In this document: positions 24,526 to 35,470 of the stretch, one piece after another
How positions within the stretch are numbered: the stretch's first letter is position 1
How the letters are laid out: every line of letters begins with the position of its first letter
Assembly (NCBI RefSeq): GCF_011745625.1
Contig: NW_027191475.1
Span: 310,001 to 374,000 of the forward strand
Source of the DNA: Cladosporium halotolerans
Lineage: Eukaryota
Length of the DNA: 64,000 nt
Direction of reading: 5' to 3'
Translations under genes and position numbers: made by a program
Notes under the pieces: generated by a model
What the model saw: only the letters and a program-made list of their open reading frames with translations
The model's database searches: none
Told to the model about the DNA's origin: nothing

Positions 24526-26157
24526 TCATCCTTCCTCCACCGGCTGCGAATGCGATGCCAAGCCACTCTTCTCTTCACCTTTTCTGTCGTCCAATGATGC
24601 TGTGAAACCTTCCGTCTTGTTCTTTCCTCCCTGAGTAGTCAAAGTCAAGAACGGCACCAACCCAACAGACACGACAGAACACGCTGTAGAAAACCAGAAG
24701 GTCGCAGTATACGGTTGCGTCTCCGGGTCCCAATACGCCGCCATTTGAGGGTTCCGCTGCACGGCATTGAAGAGTGCCGTCGTAACGCCAAACCCGATGG
24801 TCATGCACAGCCTGGTGACCGTTTGAAAAATACCACCCGCAATGCTCTGCTGCGCTGGCGGCAGAGACGACATCACGTACATGTTCGCCACATTGAATTC
24901 GAGGTCTGCGCCAACCACCATCAGCACGAAAGCCGGGAAGCTGAAAGCCCAGTAGCTGGACGACTGGCGGTTGACAGCGAGCAGCAAGAACGCGGCTGTG
25001 TACGCGACGGTGCCGATGTACATCAGCAGCTTGTTGGAGACTTTGTGCAGCACCATTCCCGCGAAGACGTTGACGAGGATGCCCATGATCGCCATCGGCA
25101 GCACGTGCACGGCGACTTGCAGCGCCGACATGTGCCAGATGTCCTGGAAGTAGAGCGCGATGAAAAAGGACCCCGGCGTGAAGGCAAGGAAGCCGAGCAT
25201 GAGGATTGCGAGTGAAAGTGCGAAGTTGCGGTCTTTCCACATCCACATGGGCACGAGCGGGTGCGTGAGTCGCAGTTCCCAGAAAACGAAGGCGACCATC
25301 AAGGCGGCGCCAACGATGAGTAAGGCGAGCACGTAGCCCGTTCGCCACCCTTGAGCCGCGTCTTCGCCCAGACTCAAAGCGGCGGAGAACATCCCTATGC
25401 CGCCAATGGTCATCAGGACGCCCACGATGTCGAAACGCTTCACAGTCTCCCAGTTGAAGGGCTGTTTGGCTGACGGATCTCGAGGGACAGTGAACCAGCC
25501 CAAAATCGAGAAGAACAAGAACAAGATCGCCAGGAAATAATAGCTTGCCCGCCAGTTGAAAAGGTTTGTCGCGACACCGCTGAAGATCGTCCCGAACACG
25601 AAGCCCAGAGGGTTGCCACCGGAGAAGCACGCGAACGCCCAGTTCTTCCTCTTGCTCGGTTTCTCATAGACAACGCCCAACAGTCCGACCGCAGGGGGCA
25701 CAGCGCTGGCGGAGAACAACCCCATGACTCCGTTGAGGACATCCAATGCGATGGCATTAGTTGCAAAGCCCGCGACAAGCGAGAAGACCGCGAACAGCAG
25801 CATGGAGGCGACAAACATGATCTTCCTGCCGAACAGGTCTGCGACTCCTCCGAAAAACAGCAAAAACGCTCCGCTCGCAAGCGACGTTGCGGATGTAAGC
25901 CAGGTGATCTCTGCAGTACTCATGTTGAGATCTCGCCCAACGAAAGATGATATGACCGTGATCATGCCTGCGACGTACGCGGGCATGGCGATCGCCATTG
26001 TGCAGGTGAGGACGAAGAGGACTTCTTGTATTGTGCTGCTGAAGCAATCTGGTCGGCGATTTTTCGTTTGGACTGGATGAAGAGACTCCAAAGTCTCGTC
26101 GTTCTTGGTATCTTCTGCCATATTTGAATCGTCGATCGTGTTCGTGGTAGTTGTCAT
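24526..26157 (-). CDS. MFS drug:H+ antiporter (DHA2/ATR1-like, about 14 TM), intronless
   Basis: RPDCFSSTIQEVLFV, GGVADLFGRK, WRASYY and many hydrophobic helices. Start could instead be ATG 26121. Confidence 0.9.
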   Translation of the reverse strand: MTTTTNTIDDSNMAEDTKNDETLESLHPVQTKNRRPDCFSSTIQEVLFVLTCTMAIAMPAYVAGMITVISSFVGRDLNMSTAEITWLTSATSLASGAFLLFFGGVADLFGRKIMFVASMLLFAVFSLVAGFATNAIALDVLNGVMGLFSASAVPPAVGLLGVVYEKPSKRKNWAFACFSGGNPLGFVFGTIFSGVATNLFNWRASYYFLAILFLFFSILGWFTVPRDPSAKQPFNWETVKRFDIVGVLMTIGGIGMFSAALSLGEDAAQGWRTGYVLALLIVGAALMVAFVFWELRLTHPLVPMWMWKDRNFALSLAILMLGFLAFTPGSFFIALYFQDIWHMSALQVAVHVLPMAIMGILVNVFAGMVLHKVSNKLLMYIGTVAYTAAFLLLAVNRQSSSYWAFSFPAFVLMVVGADLEFNVANMYVMSSLPPAQQSIAGGIFQTVTRLCMTIGFGVTTALFNAVQRNPQMAAYWDPETQPYTATFWFSTACSVVSVGLVPFLTLTTQGGKNKTEGFTASLDDRKGEEKSGLASHSQPVEEG

Positions 26158-26696
26158 GGCAAGATAGTATTGGCCCGCAGACTGGTCTATCGTATTGAGA
26201 TCATATAACAATGTGGCGAACTTCTATGGCAGATGCAAGAGGAACAACGCCACCATACTCGCTCTAGTCGATATAAGTGTGAATGCGTGAGATTTATATG
26301 ATTTATATGGTGGGAGCGGAATGAAGGTTGATGGAGGGATGCGTTATGTAATTCGTCTGTCGTGATGCGGAAAAATGGCCGCTCGGATTTAAGCGAATCA
26401 CAACATGGCCGCGACGGCTATCGATATGTAGCAACTAATGCCAGCCTTCTGCGAGTCATGAAGTCTTCGCAGTATAGTCTCGACGGAAATTAATTATGTC
26501 CTCGCATTGATGGCCTTACGCCCGAACAAAGACCAAAATGCAAAGGGTAGTCGAATGTTGCTATTGACGAACTAGACAGTGTCATGCAACGCTACACGAA
26601 AGGTATTACCCTTCATGAACACTTGTCACCGGGGTATCATTTTCCAAGCCATTCCTTCGCCATGCTGGTGCTGGTTTCCAAGCGGCGCAGGTCAGC

Positions 26697-28247
26697 TCAA
26701 ACCTCAGTTTCCAACTTCGCTTCCTTCGCGCCTTCGTCCTTGACTTCTCCCATTACAAACGGCCTCTCCCGCATCGCGGCACTGACATCCGCCTCCCACT
26801 TCAGATCATCGATGTACGCAAGAACGCGATTTAAAACAACGTCTTTGCCGCCCTCTTTGATCTCCCGCGTAAACTCGTCGATTTGAAGCAGATTGTGCGG
26901 CTCGCTGGCCGCTTTCGCGATCGTGTCGTCGAGCAGGACCGTATTCGATTGGTCCCATTTCGTCGCGGCCGGCTCTTCTTGGTCGCCCTCTGGTCGTGAA
27001 AGTGCAGTGTCGGGCGCAGGGAAGCTGGATTGCACTTCCGCATCTTCCCAAAGCCAAGTCAATTGCTTGTAGACTTGAACTCTTTCGTTGAAGAATTTCC
27101 CAAGACGAAGATGCTCGCGAGACCAGATTTTGACGAGTTTGGCGCGGTCTTCGGGGCTGAAGAGCTTAGCCACCATTGCCTCGACGTTGTGTGGGCGTGC
27201 TGACGACCACACAATGACAGAGTGGTTGGATAAGCAGTACGAGAGGAATTCTTCGACGTGGGGACGCGGTGTGTAGTTAGAGCCGCGGGACGAGCGTAAG
27301 AGCAGCGTTCCGTTGAGATCGAGAATGATTAGTAACTTCTTCGGGTTGGTGAGACGACGAGATGGCATTTGCGCCTTTTCTAAGTAGGTGGGTAAGGGTT
27401 TGGGACGTGGCAAGAGTTCCCGAATGGGATCTTCGCCTGCGAACAGGTCAGTTAGGGAAAACACAAATGGATGATTGATTGAACTTCCTCATTGGATAGA
27501 TACCGCTGCTGGTGTTTGCAAGAGGAGGCTGATAGGTAAGGTGATCGTACCTCGCTTGAAGCCCTGGGGCCGTGAACTTGTTTGACTGCGTTTGTGGCTC
27601 GAGGGTTTGGATGTTACAGAAATTCCAGAAGTCCCAGAAGCCTCATAGCGGGACTCCCGGTTGGGCTTGGCCATACGCCAGCGGGATTGGGTTGGCTGAG
27701 TAGGAGGCGGTGCTTGCTGGCTGCTGTCTCCAGTGCGGAGGTTGGCCATAGCCTGAGTAAGGGCCTCCGTATCCGTCTGCGAAGGCATTTGTTGCTGCCC
27801 CTGTGGAGTACCCTGTGGTCGCCACTGCTGGTTGCGGGAGGAACGCTGGGTTGACATAGCCGTATTGCGCGTACGGTGGCCACCATCCAGAACACTGCTC
27901 CCGGTCTGGTTGGTATTGATACCCGGGTTGCGATTGGGGGGCCCACCCGAAGCCATCGTTGGCAGGCTGGTTTGGTCGATCGTGTTGGCTCGGTTGTCCG
28001 GTACCTGCCCAGGATGCCCGGCTTGATTGTTGTTCCGGGCTGAACGAGGCGGATTCCTGCGCGGTCCGCGAGTCCGATTGGTAGTCTGAGGTGTGCTCGG
28101 TGTTTGGCCCTCTGCTTCCCTCTGGCTGACTCCGATCCTCTCTTGCTCCGCCATGCTGTAGATTTGGTTGAGGGAAGCCGAGTGGAACGGCGAAACCCGG
28201 ATACTGTGATGGCTGCAGATGCCAGTCCATAAACGCAGATAGCTCAT
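26697..28247 (-). CDS. FCP1/NIF-like HAD phosphatase domain protein with disordered N-terminus, intron 27437-27550
   Basis: LLIILDLNGTLL (motif I variant DLNGT), RPHVEEFL, VWSSA, YKQL, WDQSNTVLLDD..K....PHN. GTACGA...CTAAC...CAG intron joins ORF 27489-28247 in frame. Start uncertain (28247 or 28154). Confidence 0.8.
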
Positions 28248-28612
28248 TCGCAGTCTGTAAGTTAGTTTGCAGTCTGATGTTGCAGCAAACAGTATTCAAA
28301 GTGAATTGATAAATATAGCCCTTTTCGTAGGGGCGAGAAAGTCGAGTCGCTTGACTTCGGCTAACCGCTTTGGGCAGTGTGTTTGCAGATCAGCCCCTGC
28401 GCGCACGATCTGAACTCATGGAAAGATAGCTTCATTGGGAGACACATATATCTTATTAGCACATGCCTAGGGTTAAACTGATTGCAGAAAACGCCGACTT
28501 TGAACATATTTTTCAAATACTAATAAATTCGTTGATCTCATTACTTATATCGCCAAGTCTGCACCAATAATCTCCTACCTCATGCACCTCACCGTATTAC
28601 ATCCACCACGTG

Positions 28613-30847
28613 CTATGCAGATTTGAAGAAATCGTCAACCCCAGCACCGTCCAACACCTTACAGCTCGAACCTTCGCATAGCTGGACGAACTCCTTTTCG
28701 GCATCCAAATCCTTCACGAGCTGATTTCGTTGCCGCAGCCACTCGGTTTCCTTGATATCACTACCGATGCGGAGAATCGTGCAAGTGGGTCGGACGCCGC
28801 GTCTCACCGCCTGCACGGCCTTATCCGCCACACCGCCCTTACCGGCAACGACCAGGCCTTGCATACTGCTCTTAGCAGCTACGATGGACGGCATCATGCC
28901 GCTGAACAGGCCAGGATGCTGGGAAATCTCCACCTCGAAAGCAGCGACAGTGCGGCGTGCCATCTTGGCGTACCCGGCGTCATCTAGAAGGCTGCCGAGG
29001 CAGTGCAAGTTGTGCGCGGCCACGCCGTTGACAGACGGTTCTGCGTTGTCCATGCCGTCTTTTGTGCGGACAAGGATGTCGGGCTGGTCAGCCGCGGTCG
29101 AGAAGAAGCCGTGCTTGTGAGTGTCCCAGAAGAGGGATGTCTGGCTCTCTTGCAAGTCGGTGGCCCATCGGAGCCAAGATGCGTCGAAGGTTGCGGTATA
29201 AAGATCGATGAGGCCGCTAATCAAGAAAGCGTAGTCGTCTGCGAAGCCGGGTGTAGATCCGGGGCCGTCTCGGTAGACTCGCAAAAGAGTCTTGGTAGAA
29301 GGCTGGTATAAATGATTTCTGATACATTCTGCGGCGCCAATCGCTGCAGATAGATAGTCGGCAGATTCGCTAGGGTGCGATGAAGCCAAAGCCGCTGCGG
29401 TGCGGGCAAGACCCGAGATAGCGAGGCCATTCCAAGCAGTCACAATCTTGTCGTCTAGCGCAGGGCGAGGGCGATTGGAATCGCGGTAGGCAAGGAGCTT
29501 CTGTCTGCTTGACTTGAGAAGATCGTTGACTTTGGTTTCTGGTAGCTCGAGCTCGGTAGCCAACTCGTTAGGCGTCATCTGCACGCACAGTGTGTTCTGT
29601 CCCTTAAGCTCTCCTTGAGCATCAAACTGAGGGTCGATGTTACCCGCGGCCTGCAGACCCCAGTAACGCGTGATGACATCGGCTTCCTGCGCAGAAAGCA
29701 CGCGCTGAATCTCGTCCACGGAGTAGACGTAGAATGCACCTTCGCGCTTTTCCTTGTCCGCGGCGGTCGGGAGAGAGTCAGCGTCTTCGCTTGCATGGAT
29801 CGCACCCAGTGGCGAAAGCATAGGCTTGCTCGTCAAATACGTGGCAATGTCCATGGTAGCCTCGAGATACAACGGATCGTTTGTGAGGAGCCAAGCATCC
29901 AGATATAGCGGCAAAAGTTGTGCGTTATCGTAGAGCATCTTCTCGAAGTGGGGGAGATTCCAATCTCTCGTCACAGAGTACCTGGCAAACCCGTGGCCGA
30001 CCTGATCCTTGATGCCGCCTTTATACATGAACGTGAGCGTCTTGAGTGCCATTTGCTGCGCATCTTGACATTCGTCCTCGCCAACAATTTCTCGAACGTC
30101 AGACCCATAAGAGTTGAGTCTGAGCATCTGTCCAATGTGTATGGGCGTGGGAAATTTCGGTGCGCCACCGAAGCCGCCATACTGAGTATCAAATCGTTGC
30201 TTGTAGTGTTGGTAGCTCTCCTCGAGCAGGTCCAACTCCAGACCATCCTGCTCGCCGTCCCCGATATCGCCATTCGCCTGCCTGCCGCCCAGCGAGCCTT
30301 CTTGCGCAAACTCACGCAACTGTCGCGCGATCTGGGACCCACTCTCGCGAATGCTTTTCTCCTGCTCTTTCCAAGCTTGCGCGACCTTTGTGAGCACGTC
30401 TTCGAAGCTACCGCCGCCAGCGAGCGCGCGCTTCGTCTTAGGTCCGGGCCAGTACGTGCCACCAAGCACCGGCTCCAGGTCGGGCGTTACGAAAACGTTC
30501 AACGGCCAGCCTCCGGCACCGGTAGTGGCCTGCAGAAAGTCCATGTACTGCCGGTCGATATCGGGGCGCTCTTCACGATCGATCTTGACGGGAATAAAGT
30601 GCTCGTTCAGCAGCTGGGCAATTCGTGGGTCGTCGAAGCTCTCGTGAGCCATGACATGGCACCAATGACATGCGCTGTAGCCAATGCTCACAAAGAGCGG
30701 GCGGTTGGTCTTGCGCGCAAGAGCGAGCGTTTCGGCATTCCACAGCTGCCAGGCAGTTGGGTTGTCCATGTGAGCCCGCACATACGGGCTTTTAGAATCG
30801 CGGCATCGATTGGTGAGGGAAACGTGGCCTGGCGGCGACGAAGCCAT
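28613..30847 (-). CDS. SPATA20/YyaL-like protein (thioredoxin-like DUF255 domain plus six-hairpin glycosidase-like domain)
   Basis: Motifs NR....SPY...H..NP..W, SIGYSACHWCHVMAHESF, KIDREERPDID, GGWPL, APKFP, PHFEKMLYDNAQL, LDDKIVTAWNGL. Confidence 0.93.
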   Translation of the reverse strand: MASSPPGHVSLTNRCRDSKSPYVRAHMDNPTAWQLWNAETLALARKTNRPLFVSIGYSACHWCHVMAHESFDDPRIAQLLNEHFIPVKIDREERPDIDRQYMDFLQATTGAGGWPLNVFVTPDLEPVLGGTYWPGPKTKRALAGGGSFEDVLTKVAQAWKEQEKSIRESGSQIARQLREFAQEGSLGGRQANGDIGDGEQDGLELDLLEESYQHYKQRFDTQYGGFGGAPKFPTPIHIGQMLRLNSYGSDVREIVGEDECQDAQQMALKTLTFMYKGGIKDQVGHGFARYSVTRDWNLPHFEKMLYDNAQLLPLYLDAWLLTNDPLYLEATMDIATYLTSKPMLSPLGAIHASEDADSLPTAADKEKREGAFYVYSVDEIQRVLSAQEADVITRYWGLQAAGNIDPQFDAQGELKGQNTLCVQMTPNELATELELPETKVNDLLKSSRQKLLAYRDSNRPRPALDDKIVTAWNGLAISGLARTAAALASSHPSESADYLSAAIGAAECIRNHLYQPSTKTLLRVYRDGPGSTPGFADDYAFLISGLIDLYTATFDASWLRWATDLQESQTSLFWDTHKHGFFSTAADQPDILVRTKDGMDNAEPSVNGVAAHNLHCLGSLLDDAGYAKMARRTVAAFEVEISQHPGLFSGMMPSIVAAKSSMQGLVVAGKGGVADKAVQAVRRGVRPTCTILRIGSDIKETEWLRQRNQLVKDLDAEKEFVQLCEGSSCKVLDGAGVDDFFKSA

Positions 30848-33220
30848 GATTGCTTGCGGTGTTATATTGGTGTGCGCAGGCTGGTGAGGGCTGGAGGTGG
30901 GGTGGTGAGGGTAGACACCTGTATATGAAGAGGTGCAAGAAGGCGAAGGTACAAACGAAGAGACAATTGTTCCAAGATGACGAAAGTGATGTCAGCTGCG
31001 TCTTGTGCAGAAGGCGCACCCTGACATGAGAAATTGGAGGTGTGGTAGGAGTATCTGCAGGTGCAAACGCAGGGCGAGGGAAGGTTCAGACGGCAAGGAA
31101 GAGGGACGGCGATCATGGAAAAAGCCGCAGACCCTATGACATTGGCATCATCGCCGTCTGCGATTGCTCGGTTGAGGTACCCGCCGGCCGAGTATCTCTG
31201 TACCTTGGGCGCCGTGGCCGGCCCAGCAAATGGAGGGCAGGATGCGCGCACGTGAGGGGAGGGGTTTTGTCGCGCAAATGCATGTCATCGATAAGCCGGG
31301 CGTGCGGGGCTGGATCCGAGAGGTGCCAGTGGCCCATGCAGATGCCGGGTTTGTGAGCTACACGTAAGGTAGGTAAGGCAATCTGTGGAACATCAGCGGC
31401 CCAAGGTTTTCGGCGCAGATAAGGTAGCCATGTATACGGTGGCAGCCGTCAACTTTTCTTTTGATCAAGCATCAGACTCCTTGCCTTGCGACGTTCGCGG
31501 TGAGGTCTCCATCGCCTGAGACGCCTACGCGGGCCTCACCAACTGCGAAGCTTTGGTGGGACCGTTTGCACGACATATAAAATCCACACATCCGCACACT
31601 AAAAAGAGGGCGCCCACAATCAGATACAGAATCCAATGGTCCCGCCGAAATCCTCCACACTACCACCGCCAAACCCATCCACTCTGCCCCAACTTTCCAT
31701 TGTGGCTGTCGCAGCCCGCCTGTCTCCGTAAATCTGCCTCGCATCGAACTGCTGTAACGTTTCTACTGCTGATGCGAAAATGCGTCGGACCCTCGAATTC
31801 GGAGATCGGCTGGGCGATCAAACGGCTCTTTCTCCGCGGGTTTCCATATACACGGAAGGTTTTGCGGTGGAGGCGCTTGGAGAGCAGGCCGTCGCTCATA
31901 ATAAAATGCCCGCAAACCTTGTTATCGCGACATCAGGTCAAAGCTCAATTCGCCATCTTTGAGGTGTGGTCCCCGGAGCATCGGCCGAACCCGTAATGCG
32001 AAATGATCAATGCCCATAGGCTAGCGCGTGCGATTGACATTTTTGGCATAGAGGCTGTGATACGATGAGTCGCAGGTTTATGTACTCCATCACAGACGGC
32101 CGATAGCGATCACCTTTTGAAAAATCGTACGCGGAAATCGCCAGGCGCGCGTCTGAAACAGGGCAAAGTGTACACCGTTGGCTAGCCACAATTTGAATGG
32201 GGCGCTGTGGTGTCATGGCATCACGGCGAGCATGCCTGCGTTGTAGTCTTATCTTCTGAAGCGATCTAGAATCGTCGGTTTCGATTTCCAGCAGAGGAGA
32301 GGTTGGGTAGAAAGGTCGTCGCGCCCATGTCCTCTTGCTGTTGCTTAATTTTAGTAATCATTACGTGAGACTGTCCGCGGTCTTATCCTTCCAGTCAATG
32401 CTTTGGCGGTGACCGGTGCACGTAAAAGTCCGGTTTCGAAGGTGACGTCGGCATTAGGTTGGCTTGCTCGCTGAGCTTATCTCACGCGCGCAGACAACAG
32501 CGCCTGACAACTGAGAGTAACTTGACTAGGGTAACCGAATTCCTGGAATCTGCTTGACTCAAGGGATCATATCGTTCACACAAGGCAGCAAAGAAGTCGA
32601 TCTCTGAGTTACATGGAACGGCTGGCCAAGACGAGATAAGCAGGTCGAGATTGTGTCTCTTCCAAGATCGTCCAGTACGCATATTTGACCAGTTTCGCCA
32701 CGCCCGATGACGTTAGCAAAATATGGGCTTTCAAGCCTTCTCGAGATGTAGTTGAGCCAAGAGTGGGAAGCGCGCTATTGCACACCGCCATCTTTCCCCC
32801 GAGTCTATTAGCGTTTGCTGAAGTACTGAGAATCGAGACCTACTTATCTCCTCCGCCTCGCCCTCGAATGGAGAAGTTCAAGAGATTACCTTGAGTGAAG
32901 CTGCGATTGGCAGGAAAGGACCTTCTCGAAAAGCCGAGTTGGAAGTCCGACAAAACATGCTGGACAGTATGGCTGGGTGGTTGTGGTTGTTGATCTTCAA
33001 CTCATTTCATCTTTATCTTACAAGCCCTGCTGGCCATATGCCACTGTGGCTTATGTGCATGTTCCCCAAATAGTGTACAGACGGGCAAGCTTCATGCACG
33101 CCCTTCCCGCCATTTCCTAGGCGCAAGTAATGTGTATACTGTGGTTGCGTTCCTCTTCCTATTTTCAGCCCCAGCCTCTTGAAGATTCTGACCCCATTCG
33201 TGCCATTCCGTACAGGGCTT

Positions 33221-33502
33221 TTACACAAGCTTCGAGACGTAGTCGACGGCGAACGGCGCTGAAGTGGTTGTTAGCTGAAGTCATGCCGATGTGGCGCTTC
33301 AGTCATCGCGAATGTCGCGATACTCGTCGATCAAGACGTACAAAGGTAGAGCAGGACGCAGGTCGCAAGAGCGCCGTAGACGGTCTGCGAGGCCAGAGCC
33401 TCCTGCTGTCTGAGCTCCTCAGCGGAGGGAGGGGGAGGTGCTGCGAGCCGTCAGCGATTGCGCAAATGATCGTGAATTAGTCGATAACTAACCGCCGAAC
33501 AT
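33221..33502 (-). CDS. TOM5: Mitochondrial outer membrane translocase subunit Tom5, 48 aa, 3 exons (absent from the ORF track)
   Basis: Manual splicing: ATGTTCGGCG|gttagt..ctgac..cag|CACCT...CTTT|gtacgt..ctaac..cag|CGCCG...GTGTAA gives MFGAPPPPSAEELRQQEALASQTVYGALATCVLLYLSPFAVDYVSKLV, the Pezizomycotina Tom5 pattern. Confidence 0.9.
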
Positions 33503-33815
33503 TGTGATTTGTGAGGGTGAAGAGTAGTTTCGAATGAGTTATTTGTGTGATGCAAGGGATGATCGCGATGCTGTTCACTGATGCTTGCTGCTTGTGAAAG
33601 TTGTTGCGCACGGAGCATGTGATGCGCGCCAAGATGGAGACTTCAAAGGAGCGACAGTCGTTCGCGCTTGTACTGCCGCATCACAAAGCACTGCAACTAG
33701 CACCTGCGACAATCACTTTTCGCCTCCACGAACGACTACAAATCTCGGACTTCCCAAATTACTGCGCGAAATAGCGCGCTTCAACAGTCTCATTCCACAA
33801 TCAGCAAGCGACAAC

Positions 33816-35245
33816 ATGGAAGACCTCGAAGTGCCTGGTGGCTCTCCGGTGGTCGAGAACGGCCAGGAGCCAGAAGGCAACAACGATCCTGGAGACATCC
33901 AAAAGCCCGAGATCGAGGAAGAGAACGGGCCAACACCACCGATGGCTGAGCCGACGGACGACATGGATGCGCGCGAGGATGAGGAGGTGACTGGAGACGC
34001 AGATGGCGATGATGCTGAGCGAGACAACGATGCGGAATCAGAGCTAGACGAGCTGGACGAGGCACAGTTCGACAATTTTGATCCGGAGAGCGCAAATATC
34101 AATGTTCCGGAGCAGCCAGTCGCAGTAGACGATAGCAACGTCGGACTGCTTGGTGTGCACAAAAGGAAGAGAGTGGAAGGCGAGGATGGAGAGCGCAAAA
34201 AGAAGAAGAAGGAAGGGAGGAGAGAGAAGGCGAAGAAGGTCAGAGCTGGTGGTGATGATGAGGACGTATTTGAGGGAGGCCCAGAGATTGAAGGTAGCAG
34301 GAGGAAGAAGTCGAGCACAGCATCAAAGAGGGCACCGAGAGCTAGGACTCCAGAGAACGAGGATGAATTGAGCCCGGAAGAGCGTAAGTATTCCGAAGAT
34401 CATACCCCCTTGGACAGTTTGCTGACTATATTCCAGGCCGTCGCCGTGCTCTTGATCGCAAGATGGACGATGCTCTCCGCAGCAATAAACCTGCCCGCCG
34501 CAAGGCCGGCGGCATCGATCTGGAGGCTGCGGGCGACGCTGAGCTGGAAGATATGCGCCAACGAATGGCGAACGCCTGCCAGGCTGACGCAGCCGCACGC
34601 GCCGAGAACAAAGTCGCTACACACAAGCTGAAGCTCCTGCCTTCAGTTGTCGAGTTGCTCAACAGGAACACTCTCCGGTCATCCATTGTTGATCCCGATA
34701 TCAACATTCTCGAAGCTGTTCGTTTCTTCCTCGAGCCTGCCGATACCGACGCTGCGCTTCCCAACTACCAGATCCAGCGTGAACTCTTTGCCATCCTTGG
34801 CCGCCTCAACATGACGAAGGAAGCTCTTGTTGCCTCCGGCATCGGTAAAGTCGTCATCTTCTACACCAAGTCCTCCCAGCCTCAACCCGCCATCAAGCGT
34901 CAGGCTGAGAAGCTCGTGGGCGAATGGATGCGCATCGTGCTTGGCAAAGGCAAAGACATGCGCGCAAAGACAGTCCAATCCGCTAATTACGATCCTATCA
35001 CCGCAAGCCAAAGGCCTGCTGGCAGCCAGATCGACCGCACAGCTCTTGCAGCAGAGAAGCGCCGCCGTGCACTCGAGATTCCGGTTGTTGGAAACCGCGC
35101 GCGCGTGCAGGGAACTGTTGGCACGTACACTATCGCACCTGTCAACAACCTCAGCAATGTCGTGCAGCAAGACAACCGCAGGCTTGGAAGCAGTGGTGAA
35201 GAGGCCTTCAGGAAGGTCGCCACCAGGGCGACGGGCAAGCGATAA
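33816..35245 (+). CDS. IWS1: Transcription elongation factor Iws1/Spn1, intron 34384-34436
   Basis: Acidic N-terminus; KLKLLP.V, FFLEP..D.ALPNYQIQRELF, SGIGKVVIFY and AEKLVGEWMR of the TFIIS N-terminal-like domain. Confidence 0.92.
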
Positions 35246-35470
35246 ACGCCGCTTTTAGATCAGACCAGATCTGAACAGATGACGACTTGGATTCGCAAAG
35301 ACGAAAAATGTTCTGAAATTTGAGACATCGGGCGTTTGGGAATTGTACTTCAGGTCAGCGGGTACGAGCACTGGCATGCCGAGACTGATTGAATGGTCTC
35401 CAAAGAATTCTGGCTTATGTACTACTAAAGCAATACCAAGCATTTCTTTTGACCGCTCCGTTTTCTATTC

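Noticed and set aside
18798..26157. ABC plus MFS transporters as a secondary-metabolite cluster
   Set aside because: No PKS, NRPS, terpene cyclase, tailoring enzymes or cluster regulator nearby.
31960..32210. GTCCCCG ... AATGGGGC pair reminiscent of the RNase MRP P4 helix
   Set aside because: Flanking conserved residues (GARAG before UCCCC, CUNAC after GGGG) are missing.
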